IMG/VR virus record: IMGVR_UViG_3300032896_000001
Coordinates: 32,001-96,000 of that record
DNA: 64,000 bases
Reading direction: 5' to 3' (one strand)
Origin: a virus
Translations under genes and position numbers: made by a program
In this document: in pieces, positions 28,683-38,464 of the stretch
Numbering within the stretch: the first letter of the stretch is position 1
Layout: every line of letters begins with the position of its first letter
The notes under the pieces: model-generated
What the model saw: the letters and a program-made list of their open reading frames with translations, nothing else
Databases searched by the model: none
Told to the model about the DNA's origin: nothing

Positions 28683-29129
28683 GTGCAGTGGCTCCCCATC
28701 GCCCACGGGCTGGCCGCAGGCGCCGCGATCATCTCCCAGGGACCCGGGGCGTCCCTCACCCCGGCCGACTCCGCGAGCTCCAGCGTCGTCGGGTACGTGC
28801 TGGGTTTCGGTCCGCTGGGGATCGTGGCCCTCGCCATGGCGTGGCTGCTCTACAAGGGCTGGCGGCTGGTCCCGCCCGGATTCGAGTCGTCGGTCCGCGA
28901 CGCCGCCCGCGCCGACGCCCGCGCGGACCTGATCGCGGAGCGGGACCGGATCCTGACGGAGAAGCAGGCCGTCGAGGACCAGCGGGACGACGCCCTCACC
29001 ATCGCCCGCGACCAGATCGCGCCGCTTCTCTCCCAGTTCGTCGGCACGACCTCCGCGCTGGTGCCGCTCCTGCAGGAGATCATCCGCGATTCCCCGGCCC
29101 GGCGCCGCAGAGGAGGCGCCGCCCCGTGA
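28683..29129 (+). CDS. Membrane protein, holin-like
   Basis: LGFGPLGIVALAMAWLLYKGW + coiled coil. Confidence 0.55.
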   Translation: MQWLPIAHGLAAGAAIISQGPGASLTPADSASSSVVGYVLGFGPLGIVALAMAWLLYKGWRLVPPGFESSVRDAARADARADLIAERDRILTEKQAVEDQRDDALTIARDQIAPLLSQFVGTTSALVPLLQEIIRDSPARRRRGGAAP

Positions 29130-29377
29130 CCGAACCCGACGTGAGGGCCAGCGCGGAACGGGTCCGGGCCGAGGCCGCCGCGCTCCCGTCCGCGGCGGAC
29201 ATCCGCACCCTCGCTGACCGCGCAGTCGCCCTCGGAGGCACCCCCGATATGAGCCTGGACGAGATCCGGACGCTCGCCGACCAGGCCGTCGCGGGCGCCG
29301 AGCAGGTCACCGTGCTCCTGCGGCGGCTGTCGGACCTCCTCTCCGACGCCGCCCCGCCCGCAGGGGGTGGCCTGTGA
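29126..29377 (+). CDS. Small helical protein
   Basis: AGGAGG RBS, coupled. Confidence 0.6.
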   Translation: MTEPDVRASAERVRAEAAALPSAADIRTLADRAVALGGTPDMSLDEIRTLADQAVAGAEQVTVLLRRLSDLLSDAAPPAGGGL

Positions 29378-29511
29378 GCGACACCGAGGTCCGGGCCGTC
29401 ATCGGGGAGCTCGAGCAGCTCATGGAGGCGGTGCGCGGCAACGTCGCCGCCCTCCAGGCCATCCTCACCGACACGCCGGAGGTCACTGGTGACCAGCCCG
29501 CCCCAGCCTGA
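29374..29511 (+). CDS. 45-aa helical protein
   Basis: GTGA overlap, high GC3. Confidence 0.5.
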   Translation: MSDTEVRAVIGELEQLMEAVRGNVAALQAILTDTPEVTGDQPAPA

Positions 29512-30043
29512 CCCGGACAGCGCGATCGGGACCGCGCAGACGCTCGCCGCCGCCCTCGACGGCATGGCGGAACGCCTCGCCGAGGTCAACGCGAGCAGCG
29601 AGACCCGCGACGCGCGCCTGACGAAGTACGGGCGGGCGAACCGGCATCGCATCTGGGTGACGTACGCGCTCCTCGCCGTCGACGTGGCGCTCACGATCAT
29701 CGTCGCGTTCCTCGCCGTGCAGGCCGGGAACGCGTCGAGCCGGGCCGAGTCCGCGACCGCGCGGGCCGCCGCCGCGACCGCGGCCGAGGCCGCCCTCCAC
29801 ACCGCGCAGGTCTCCGGGTGCGTCGCGGGCAACCAGGAGCGGTCCGGGGAGCTGGCCTTGTGGACCTACCTGTTCAAGGCGTCCAAGCCGGCGTCCAAGG
29901 CGCAGGCGCAGGCCATCGCGAAGTTCATGGGCCTCGTCGAGTCGACGTTCGCCCCCCGGGATTGCAGTGCTCTGTACTCGCTGACACCACCTAAGCAGCG
30001 GGGATTACAGTCCGGTCGGCATTCCATGCCTTCCCTATCTTGA
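29489..30043 (+). CDS. Membrane protein in lysis cassette
   Basis: One TM helix, coiled coil, two Cys. Confidence 0.65.
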   Translation: MTSPPQPDPDSAIGTAQTLAAALDGMAERLAEVNASSETRDARLTKYGRANRHRIWVTYALLAVDVALTIIVAFLAVQAGNASSRAESATARAAAATAAEAALHTAQVSGCVAGNQERSGELALWTYLFKASKPASKAQAQAIAKFMGLVESTFAPRDCSALYSLTPPKQRGLQSGRHSMPSLS

Positions 30044-30338
30044 TGCGGCTGATCGCGGTCTGGCTAACGCCGTAGCGGGCAGCGATGTCAACCTGCCTCT
30101 CGCCTGCGGCCAGGGCGACGTGGATCTGCGCCACTTCCGCTTCGGTTAGCTTCGCAAAGTGGCACGCGCTCCCCCCGGGCCTCATGGTTACGGCGCGGCC
30201 CTGATGCTCTGACCTCGGCCGGGGAACGAGGTGTCGCGGGTTGCAGCACAAGCGGTGGGCGCACATGCCGGGCTTGCAGTCCCCGTCGCGTACGGCCTGG
30301 TTGTGGCAGTCGTGGTCGACTTCCCACCCGGTACCCAA
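29991..30338 (-). CDS. N-truncated HNH + HTH protein (possible remnant)
   Basis: VDHDCHN..CCNPRHL; AKLTE..IAARYGVSQTAISRI. Confidence 0.7.
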   Translation of the reverse strand: MGTGWEVDHDCHNQAVRDGDCKPGMCAHRLCCNPRHLVPRPRSEHQGRAVTMRPGGSACHFAKLTEAEVAQIHVALAAGERQVDIAARYGVSQTAISRIKIGKAWNADRTVIPAA

Positions 30339-30369
30339 ATTCTATCAGTGGCGAAGGGAGCGCAGGCCG

Positions 30370-30918
30370 ATGGCTCTCGATGACCGCGTGGTGGCCGCGC
30401 ACGAGCAGGCCGGAGCGCACTATGAGCGCCGCACCCTGCGGGAGGTCGTCGCCTACCCGGAGCATGGTCCCCGCGAGTCGGATCCGCATTACAAGATCTT
30501 CAACGCGGCAAAGCACCATCTCGTGCATGTCCTCGGCGTGGGCTGCTGGATAGGCGGCGCGACCCTCGCGCAGGTCAAGGCCGGGCTGCCTGACGGCCAC
30601 CGCTGCGCGGGCGCGACGCAACTCGAGGCGCACCACGCCGTCGCGGAGTTCTCCGGGCTGAACGAGATCGACTGGCAGAAGGTCGCGAAGGACTTCCCGC
30701 AGGCGGAGCTGCACTCGGACGAGGATTTCCTACGCTTTGCGGAGTCAGAGGGCGGGCTGACCATAGTCTGCGACAAGCATCACAGATTCGCAGGTACAGG
30801 AATACATTCCGTCACATATCCCGCGTGGCTGCTAGACCGCTATGCGCGCGACGATTGGGAGTTCCTGGCCCCGGCCGAGGCTAAGAAGCCAGACGCCGCC
30901 AAACGGCCCCGGGTCTAG
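30370..30918 (+). CDS. His/Cys-rich HNH-like protein
   Basis: PEHGPRESDP..GCWI..LEAHH..CDKHHR..GIH. Confidence 0.65.
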   Translation: MALDDRVVAAHEQAGAHYERRTLREVVAYPEHGPRESDPHYKIFNAAKHHLVHVLGVGCWIGGATLAQVKAGLPDGHRCAGATQLEAHHAVAEFSGLNEIDWQKVAKDFPQAELHSDEDFLRFAESEGGLTIVCDKHHRFAGTGIHSVTYPAWLLDRYARDDWEFLAPAEAKKPDAAKRPRV

Positions 30919-31476
30919 CTCGCGCCCGGCCCGCTTCTCGGCGACGTGAAGCCTGCGATGGGCGCTCAAACTCGGAAGCGCGATGAGGTTGGCCGGGCAG
31001 TTGTCGGCGCGGTCCCTGTTGCGGTGGTGCACCTGCTCCTCGGTCGTCAGCAGTCGCCCTAGGTGCTGCTCGGCGACGAGTCGGTGCTCGTGGACGTAGC
31101 GGCCACCGTGGACAAGCTTTCCCTGGTAATCGTCCGGCGGGAGAACGCGCACGTAGCCGCCGCCGTCGACGAACCTGCCGCCCTTCCACTTGCCGGACTT
31201 CTCGCGGCGGTTCGGGCTGTCCGCCTGCGCCGCCGAGATGCGTTCGCGGTGAGTCTCGCTGCCGAACAGGCTTGCGTCCGGGTAAAGCCGGAGCACCGAA
31301 TAGCAGCTCTTGCAGAGCCCCTTCGAGAACGGCAGGCGCACCTGCCCGCACCGGGCGCAGGCGACCGGCGTTCCGTTCTCGTACCGCCAGCGGACGTAAC
31401 AGGGCGAGCACATCTTGCGCCCGACGAACGTCCGAGTCTTTCCGCAGCGAACGCACTCCCCAACAGTTCTCGGCAT
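30832..31476 (-). CDS. HNH endonuclease (leaderless)
   Basis: WKGGR..YVHEHRLVAE..VHHRNRDRADN..NL; TAGAAT 7 nt before ATG. Confidence 0.85.
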   Translation of the reverse strand: MPRTVGECVRCGKTRTFVGRKMCSPCYVRWRYENGTPVACARCGQVRLPFSKGLCKSCYSVLRLYPDASLFGSETHRERISAAQADSPNRREKSGKWKGGRFVDGGGYVRVLPPDDYQGKLVHGGRYVHEHRLVAEQHLGRLLTTEEQVHHRNRDRADNCPANLIALPSLSAHRRLHVAEKRAGRELDPGPFGGVWLLSLGRGQELPIVARIAV

Positions 31477-31538
31477 GAAGTTAATTCTACATGATCAGTT
31501 GGGCGCTGGTATTTCGATGAAGTGATCGGGGTGACTAG

Positions 31539-31947
31539 GTGACCTCCAAGAACCGCGCCTCCCTGCTGACCACGACCGAGCTCTACCACCTCGACCAGGG
31601 CCTGCCAGGTGATCAGCCGGGCGTTCGGCGGCCAGTGCCCGTACCTCGTCGGCACGGCCGGGGTCGGCGGCGCGGAGTCGTACCGGGACGTTGATGTGCG
31701 GCTCATGCTCGACGACGCCGAGTTCGCGACGGCGTGCCCGACCCGTGAGCGGTGGGAACTGCTCTGCCTGTCGGTAAGCGCCTACCTCGCCTCGCGCACC
31801 GGGTTGCCGATCGACTTCCAGATTCAGCGGAAGGCCGAGGCGCTCGAGAAGTTCGGCGACTGCCCGCGCAACCCGGTCGGGCTAGTCAGAGGCGGCCGGG
31901 TCTTCGCCGGGGGCGGCGACGGGACGCCCGACTGGGGGTCCTCATGA
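31539..31947 (+). CDS. Minimal Pol-beta-type nucleotidyltransferase, frameshifted near 31598
   Basis: YLVGT..YRDVDVR..LPIDFQIQ; one extra G splits the N-terminus. Confidence 0.65.
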
Positions 31948-32059
31948 GGGTTCACGTCTCTTCGAAGCCTGGTGCGCCGAGTTTGCGGGAGCTCGGCGCA
32001 CCGGATTACCTCCCGCTCCCGGAGGCGGCCGGGCCGGTCGTGCCGCTGAACGCCGGGCC

Positions 32060-32770
32060 GTGACGACTTACTGGTGGGTCGACCGCGCGTTGCCCGGCAT
32101 CGTCAACGGCGTCATCATGGCCGCGGCCCTCGCCGTCCTGCACCTGCTCATGCGCCGCTTCATCAGGCGGACGACCAGCGAGCAGACCGCCACGATAACC
32201 GGCTCCGCGCCGACCAGACCCGGCAGCGTGAAAGAGGCGACGATGACCGAGACCCCCGCAACTGCGACCGCGACCCCGCCGCCGCCACGCAATCATGGCG
32301 GCCTGTACGCGCACATCCCGCACCCTCACATCGCCGCCCGCGCCGAGGCGGGCCCGGTCAAGATCGCCGACCAGATCCCGCAGGCCGAGGGGAAGTCCGG
32401 CCTCCGCCGCTGGTACACGAGGGGCAACGCGTGGCTCGCGGTCAAGGTGACCGCCGGGGTCGGGTCCATGACGTGCGCCTGGCTCTTCTGCCTTCTCGCG
32501 ATCGCCGGGCTGCCGACCGCGCTGCAGCCGGGGAACATCGGGTTCCTGTTCTGGTTCTCGAGCGACCTGCTGCAGCTGACGCTCCTGAGCGTGATCATCG
32601 TCGGCCAGAACATCCAGGCCAGTGCATCGGACAAGCGCTCCGAGCAGACTTACCGCGACGCCGAGGCGGTCCTCGCGGAGGCGCTGAAGATCCAGGAGCA
32701 TCTCGCGGTCCAGGATGACGTGCTGACGAGACTGGCCGCCGCGATGCAGGCGAAGGACGCGGCCTCGTGA
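32060..32770 (+). CDS. DUF1003-like membrane protein
   Basis: VTAGVGSM..LQLTLLSVIIVGQN..DKR; possible inner start at 32242. Confidence 0.75.
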   Translation: MTTYWWVDRALPGIVNGVIMAAALAVLHLLMRRFIRRTTSEQTATITGSAPTRPGSVKEATMTETPATATATPPPPRNHGGLYAHIPHPHIAARAEAGPVKIADQIPQAEGKSGLRRWYTRGNAWLAVKVTAGVGSMTCAWLFCLLAIAGLPTALQPGNIGFLFWFSSDLLQLTLLSVIIVGQNIQASASDKRSEQTYRDAEAVLAEALKIQEHLAVQDDVLTRLAAAMQAKDAAS

Positions 32771-33627
32771 GCATCGCGACGGTCCCCGGCTACGACGCGA
32801 CCCACGGCAACATCGGGTCTCTCCCCTCGGGTCAGGCGATGGGCTACGCGACGGGCTCCCCGTGGGTGGTCTGGACGGGCGCCGACTGGGACGCTCACCC
32901 GGGGGCGCTGCGGGTCGACCAGGACCCGGACGCCGCCGACCCGACCGCAGACATCCTCGACGTCGAGAACGGGGCGGCTACCCCCGCTGACGCCCCGGGC
33001 TGGTACCGGAGGGCGCTCGCGGACTACGAGTCGGCTGCGCGCCCGGGCCAGCGACGGCCTGCGGGGTACGCGTCGCTGGACAGCGTCACGAGCCTCGTCA
33101 ACGCGTTCATCGCCGGGGGCGTGACCTCGGCCGGGCTGGTGATCGCGGACTACAGCCTCACCGAGGCGGAGGCGGTCGCGCTGGTTGCGAACGCGTCCGG
33201 GCCGTTCCCGGTCGTCGGGGTGCAGTGGCGAGACGCAGGTCTTTATGACTGCGACGTCTTCTCCGTCCCGTGGCTCGAGGCGGTCTCCGGGAAGCCGGCG
33301 CCGTCCCCGCCCCCCGTCACGTACGGCCGCCCCAGGTCCCTGCGGGCGTTCGGCGGGAAGACCTCCGTCCGTCTTGAGTGGGAGCCGCCCGGCACCCCCG
33401 GCCTTCCCGACCCGGCCGAGTACGCGATCTACATCTACGCCGGGGCGGTGTGCGACCGGTCGACGCTGGTCCCGTCCTACCCGCGCACGGCCCGCTCGTC
33501 GGCGCCGTGGGAAGGCGGGTCGCTGCCGCAGGGCGAGGCGTTCACCGCTCACGTCGTGGCGGCGGGCGCGAACGGCGAGAACGTGCGGCCGTTCACGTAC
33601 TCGACCGCGACTTTCTCGACCGGCTGA
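32767..33627 (+). CDS. Putative endolysin: GH25-like muramidase + FN3-like domain
   Basis: LDVENG..YAS..IADY..VQW..DCDV; VRLEWEPP. Confidence 0.6.
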   Translation: MSIATVPGYDATHGNIGSLPSGQAMGYATGSPWVVWTGADWDAHPGALRVDQDPDAADPTADILDVENGAATPADAPGWYRRALADYESAARPGQRRPAGYASLDSVTSLVNAFIAGGVTSAGLVIADYSLTEAEAVALVANASGPFPVVGVQWRDAGLYDCDVFSVPWLEAVSGKPAPSPPPVTYGRPRSLRAFGGKTSVRLEWEPPGTPGLPDPAEYAIYIYAGAVCDRSTLVPSYPRTARSSAPWEGGSLPQGEAFTAHVVAAGANGENVRPFTYSTATFSTG

Positions 33628-33682
33628 CCGTGACCGGCCTCAAGCACCCGCCCGCCGACCCCGAGAGCGGAGGCCGGGCGTC

Positions 33683-35092
33683 GTGACCAACTACGAGATC
33701 ACCCAGCTGTCCGCGATCGCGAGCGCTTCGATCCTGCCCGCGGTGATCCTCCCCGTGGTCGACCCGAATGACACGTCGACCGCTCCCGCTGGTGCCGGCG
33801 GGTCGAACAAGCAGATGACCCTGTCGCAGATGCTCCCCGGCTACCTGTGGCCGTCGGGCGACACGACGGGGGCGAAGGACGCGGCGGCGATCAACGCGGC
33901 GGTGTCCGCGCTGCCGTCGGGCGGCGGGGCGATCACCCTCGCCCCCGGCGCCTGGTACCTGGTCCCCGGGACGGTCACGATCAGCGTCGCCAAGCCGGTG
34001 TGGTTCCTCGCGTACGGAGCGACGTTCAACGCCGTCGGGACGACCTCCGGGCCGCTGTTCAACATCTACGACAGCAGCAGCATCATCCCCCGGAACTACT
34101 CCGGCGGGGGTTTCCTCGGCGGCACCTTCTACGTCAACGGGACCAACGGGTCCTACGCGCTGCACGTCGGGGACATCTTCCAATGGCAAATCGACGTGCG
34201 CGTTTTCAACAGCGCGGGGACCGCGGCGAAGGGCGTCTACTTCGATAACCGGTACTACTGGACCGAGGAACTCCGGGGCGTCATCTACACCGAGGGCTGC
34301 GAGGTCGTCTACGACAACTCGGCCGGCTCCGCGGGGACCGCCACCGGGTCGTTCGACCGGAACTCGATCATCCACAACATCAACAACGCGATCGGCGGGG
34401 CGTCGCCCGGCGTGTGCAACGGGGTTGTCCTGCAGGGCGGGGCGGTCATCGGCGACCCCGCGGGGATGATCATCCAGGGGAACATGCTGACGGCCACCAC
34501 CCAGTACGCGGTGCTGCTGTTCACGGGCTCCAACTCGCAGGGGTACTCGGGGATGAACAGCGGGTCCGTCATCTTCGGGGTGGAACTCGACGACAACGCG
34601 CACACCGCCCCGTACACGATCCAGTTCGGGTCGACGTCGAACCAGTGGTACAACGGCAGCGGGTCGATGGACTTCGCCGCCGCCGCCTACTCATTCACCG
34701 CGAGCAACAAGAACGGGAACTTCACGTTCTACGGCCTGATCAAGGGCGACGCCAACCTCGCGTCCGCGACGAACAACTGGACGACGAGCTTCAACTTCCA
34801 GGGCGGCATCGCCCTCGGCGACTACAACACCGCGCAGACGATCGCGTCGAACGGGACGATCAGCCCGGCCGGCCCCGGCTACTGGCCCGTCACCAACAGC
34901 GGGGCGGTCACGGGCGTCATCCTCGCGACGGGCGCCTACTCGGGGCAGCTGCTCGCCATCGGGAACGAGGGAAGCGGCACGATCACGTTCGCCGCGTCCG
35001 GGTCGAACGTCGCGCAGGGGAACACCGCCGTCATCGCCGCGAAGGCATCCCGGACGTTCTACTGGGACACGAACACGAGCCTCTGGTACTAG
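33683..35092 (+). CDS. Tailspike / beta-helix receptor-binding protein
   Basis: GDTTGAKDAAAINAAV..GGAITLAPGAWY, Asn/Gly-rich. Confidence 0.7.
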   Translation: MTNYEITQLSAIASASILPAVILPVVDPNDTSTAPAGAGGSNKQMTLSQMLPGYLWPSGDTTGAKDAAAINAAVSALPSGGGAITLAPGAWYLVPGTVTISVAKPVWFLAYGATFNAVGTTSGPLFNIYDSSSIIPRNYSGGGFLGGTFYVNGTNGSYALHVGDIFQWQIDVRVFNSAGTAAKGVYFDNRYYWTEELRGVIYTEGCEVVYDNSAGSAGTATGSFDRNSIIHNINNAIGGASPGVCNGVVLQGGAVIGDPAGMIIQGNMLTATTQYAVLLFTGSNSQGYSGMNSGSVIFGVELDDNAHTAPYTIQFGSTSNQWYNGSGSMDFAAAAYSFTASNKNGNFTFYGLIKGDANLASATNNWTTSFNFQGGIALGDYNTAQTIASNGTISPAGPGYWPVTNSGAVTGVILATGAYSGQLLAIGNEGSGTITFAASGSNVAQGNTAVIAAKASRTFYWDTNTSLWY

Positions 35093-35286
35093 CGCCTCAC
35101 GCGGCCCTGGCGAGGGGTTCCCGGGCCGTCGGGGGCGCGTTCCGCCGGGACCGCGCCCGTGCGCCGCCATGAGCGCCGGAACCGGCGGCACTCGCACAGC
35201 GGGCAGTCGGCCCCCGCCCGGTGGTGGCGGTGGGCATCGCGGTCATGACCGCAGCGGCAGGGGCGCGAGCGCAGCCGGGAACGCAT
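35089..35286 (-). CDS. Small CxCGH Zn-binding protein (leaderless)
   Basis: CRCGHDRDAHRHHRAGADC..C.C; TAGATT 7 nt before ATG; paralogue at 47981. Confidence 0.6.
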   Translation of the reverse strand: MRSRLRSRPCRCGHDRDAHRHHRAGADCPLCECRRFRRSWRRTGAVPAERAPDGPGTPRQGRVRR

Positions 35287-35341
35287 GCCGCTAAATCTAC
35301 GGGGCCCGCGGGCCTCTCCCTGCTCCCGGAGGTGGCCGCGC

Positions 35342-36466
35342 GTGCCGACGACGATCGCGAGCATCCTCGCCGGCCGGAACGCGGGCCGGGTCGACATCCC
35401 CATCCTCGGCGACTCGGTGACCGAGGGCTACGGGGCCAGCGCGTTCACGACCCGGTACGTCGAGCAGCTGAACACGCTGGCCAGGCAGGCGTACCCGACG
35501 ACCGCGGGCGGAAGCTCGGGCGGCCTCGGCCTCATCCCCCTGGCGCCGGTGATCTCGATGCTGTTCACGTGGCCGGTCGCGGGGGACACCGCCGGCGGGG
35601 CGATCGACGTCGGGCCGATCCGGTACTCGGTGTGGGAGTCGGCGTCGGAGGGGTCGGCGGCCCGGACCTGGACCGCCCCGGCGGGCACCACGTCGGTGAG
35701 GCTCATGTACTTCGACTCGGCCGCCGCCGGCACGTTCAGCTACCAGGTCGGCGCCGGGGCGGCGACGGACGTCTCCAACAGCGGCGCCGGGGTCGACGGG
35801 GCGCTCACCGCGCCGATCCCCATCGGCGGCGGGGAAGTCCTCACCATCGCGTGGGTGAGCGGGAACGTGTTCTTGCACGGCATCGTCCACTACGCGGGCG
35901 ACGAGGGCAGCGGGATCACGTTCCACGCCTGCGGGCACTCGGGGTCGACTGCGAGCACCGCGTCGTCCGGGTGGATGCAGACGGGCAGCGGCTTCGACTG
36001 GCGCCCGGCGATCGCGAGCCTGATCCCCGCGGCGGGCGCGTTCGGGGTGTTCCTGGGCCTGAACGACGCGAGCGCGTCAGTCGGGGACGAGACCGCCGCG
36101 CAGTTCCAGGCCGACCTGGAGAACATGTACGCCTACCTGCGGGGCAACGCGGCCCTCGCGAGCCTGCCGCTCCTGGCGGTGGTCCCCTACGACGCCGGGA
36201 TCACCTACGCCGACGCGGGCGGCTACCCCGCTTACGTCGCGGCGGTCGAGGCGGCGGCGGCGCACGACGGCAACGCGCAGGTCGTCAACCTCGGGGCGAC
36301 GATGCCGTCGTACGCCGCCGACCCGGCCTACTACTACAACTCGGTCCACCCCAACGACTCGGGGCACCTGCTGGTCGCGCAGATCATCGAGGGCGCGCTC
36401 GCGCCCCCCGCCCCGCCGTCCCCGGGCGCGTCGGCCGTCCCCGCGTTCCTGACCATGAGCACCTAG
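35342..36466 (+). CDS. SGNH/GDSL esterase
   Basis: GDSVTEG, GHSG, GLND, VHPNDSGH blocks. Confidence 0.85.
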   Translation: MPTTIASILAGRNAGRVDIPILGDSVTEGYGASAFTTRYVEQLNTLARQAYPTTAGGSSGGLGLIPLAPVISMLFTWPVAGDTAGGAIDVGPIRYSVWESASEGSAARTWTAPAGTTSVRLMYFDSAAAGTFSYQVGAGAATDVSNSGAGVDGALTAPIPIGGGEVLTIAWVSGNVFLHGIVHYAGDEGSGITFHACGHSGSTASTASSGWMQTGSGFDWRPAIASLIPAAGAFGVFLGLNDASASVGDETAAQFQADLENMYAYLRGNAALASLPLLAVVPYDAGITYADAGGYPAYVAAVEAAAAHDGNAQVVNLGATMPSYAADPAYYYNSVHPNDSGHLLVAQIIEGALAPPAPPSPGASAVPAFLTMST

Positions 36467-36474
36467 GAGGCGCC

Positions 36475-36768
36475 GTGATCATCACCGGCCAGGCGGCCGC
36501 GACCACCGCGGCGGCGGAACTGTGCGCCGTCCCCGAGGGGGCGTGCCTGATCACCTTCACGTCCGACCCGGCGAGCGCCGGCACCGCGTACATCATCGGC
36601 CTCAGCCCCTCCGGGGGCGGCCAGTCGTCGTCGTCGCAGGGCCTGCCGCTGGCCGCGGGCGGCACCGTCACCACCGCGACGTACGGCACCTCGAAGGGCA
36701 CGACGCTGCAGGTCGCCTGCGCGACGGGAACCGCCGTCGTCGGCTACCTGATCAGCACATACAACTGA
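36475..36768 (+). CDS. Small structural protein
   Basis: AGGAGG RBS. Confidence 0.65.
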   Translation: MIITGQAAATTAAAELCAVPEGACLITFTSDPASAGTAYIIGLSPSGGGQSSSSQGLPLAAGGTVTTATYGTSKGTTLQVACATGTAVVGYLISTYN

Positions 36769-36815
36769 CCCGGGCCGGACGGCGCCGCCCGGGACGACAG
36801 GAAAGGGGGCCGTTC

Positions 36816-37064
36816 GTGGACGGCGAGACGCGGGACCAATTCCGGGAGCGGATGCGCTCCATCGGGTTCATGGCCGGAGGCCGGACCCGGGACAAGGTGG
36901 CGACGATCACCCGCCCGGAGGACGACCCCGGGGCGGACGCCGGCCAGCGGGCGAAGCAGGTCACCGACGAGCTCGGCACCGTCATCACCGAGTCCGACAA
37001 CCGGCAGGACGTCAACATCCACCCGGTGACGCACGTCGCCGAGATCAGCATGCTAGGAGACTGA
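36816..37064 (+). CDS. Hypothetical protein
   Basis: RBS, codon bias. Confidence 0.65.
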   Translation: MDGETRDQFRERMRSIGFMAGGRTRDKVATITRPEDDPGADAGQRAKQVTDELGTVITESDNRQDVNIHPVTHVAEISMLGD

Positions 37065-37070
37065 TAGCAG

Positions 37071-37610
37071 ATGGCCTGGTCCAGCTCCGGCGAGTCCGGA
37101 TTCTTCATCGCCACCATGATCGCCGGGCTGACAGCGGCGACCCAGACCGGCACTCCCACCGCGATCAACATCAACGAGAGCTCGGAGCAGAACCTGAGCC
37201 TCGTCTCCGGGTCGGCGGTCAGCTACACCAACGCGCCGCTCCAGTACGGCGCCGCCGCCCCCGGGTGGACGAACGCCGACGAGGTCACAGGCACCGGCTG
37301 GAGCACCGGCGGCGTCCTGCTCTCAACTGCCACCTCCACCAACGGCGACGTTGTGCCCACCACGACCATCACCGGCTCCGGGCCCTATGTTCTGACGTAC
37401 AGCTGGACGCACGCGCTGAGCGTGGCGAGCACGACGCTGACAGGCATCTACGGGTGCCTGATCTACTTCCCGAACATCACCGCAGGGGTCGCGTCGAAGC
37501 CGGAGATGCTCGCGCTGTACTTCGGCAACACCGCCTACAACACGGTCAACGGCACGTTCGGCATCACCCCGTCCGGGTCGGGCCTCGCCGCCCTCACCCT
37601 GACCGCGTAG
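37071..37610 (+). CDS. Structural (appendage) protein
   Basis: EVTGTGWSTGG..L..FG..NGTF motif. Confidence 0.7.
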   Translation: MAWSSSGESGFFIATMIAGLTAATQTGTPTAININESSEQNLSLVSGSAVSYTNAPLQYGAAAPGWTNADEVTGTGWSTGGVLLSTATSTNGDVVPTTTITGSGPYVLTYSWTHALSVASTTLTGIYGCLIYFPNITAGVASKPEMLALYFGNTAYNTVNGTFGITPSGSGLAALTLTA

Positions 37611-37620
37611 GGGGCGGGTC

Positions 37621-38250
37621 ATGGCATCGCAGAACTGGGTGGCGCTCCTCAACCCGGGCATCACGCCGACCGGGCCGGGCGTCACGTTCACGGAGTCCGC
37701 CACCACCGCGGTCCTGTCCCCGCAGCTATCGGGGTCTGCGGCCGATTACGCGGTCGTGAACGCGGCCGGGCAGCCGTATGGCTGGCAGGTCGGCACCCTG
37801 CTGCGGGTGACGGCCCGCGGGTGGATCACGACCAGCACGACCACGGGCACGCTGACGATCTTCCTGCGCGCGAACAAGGGCAACGCCGGGTCGACGTTCG
37901 TCACCCTGGCCACGCCGAACGGGATCACGACCGGCGCCACCGCCGTCACCGGCATCCAGTTCAAGCTGGAGGCGATGATCCGGTGCACGGCGGTCGCCAG
38001 CTCCGGGAGCACGCTGAGCACGCAGGGCGAATTGAACCTGTTCAACAACCTCGCGGCGGTGGCCGCCAACCCGATCGCGCTGTCAGCGTCACCGCCGCCC
38101 GGCTTCGCGCTGCCGATGCCGAACATCTCGGGCGAGACGGCGGCGGCCGTCGACACGACCCAGGCGCAGGGCATCGAGCTCGCCGCCACCGGCACGGCGG
38201 CGTCGGGGACGATCGCGTGCACGCAGTGGCTCGTCGAGCTGCTCGACTAG
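37621..38250 (+). CDS. Structural beta-rich protein
   Basis: GTLLRVTARGWIT. Confidence 0.7.
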   Translation: MASQNWVALLNPGITPTGPGVTFTESATTAVLSPQLSGSAADYAVVNAAGQPYGWQVGTLLRVTARGWITTSTTTGTLTIFLRANKGNAGSTFVTLATPNGITTGATAVTGIQFKLEAMIRCTAVASSGSTLSTQGELNLFNNLAAVAANPIALSASPPPGFALPMPNISGETAAAVDTTQAQGIELAATGTAASGTIACTQWLVELLD

Positions 38251-38278
38251 ACGGGCCGGGGCACTAGGGAGGGTTCGG

Positions 38279-38464
38279 ATGGGTCGCGAGGTTCCCGCGG
38301 TGACGGCCGTCATCAGGATGCAGCCGAGCCCCGTGGAGATCTACGCGTGCGCCGCCCACGTCATGGCCACCATCCGCGAGCTCGGCGGGAAAGACCTCGG
38401 CCTGCGCCCGGCGGACCCCGGCATCCACGGGTGCAAGGGCTGCTGGGATGACTGGCCGGCCTGA
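38279..38464 (+). CDS. Small hypothetical protein
   Basis: RBS, TGATG coupling. Confidence 0.45.
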   Translation: MGREVPAVTAVIRMQPSPVEIYACAAHVMATIRELGGKDLGLRPADPGIHGCKGCWDDWPA

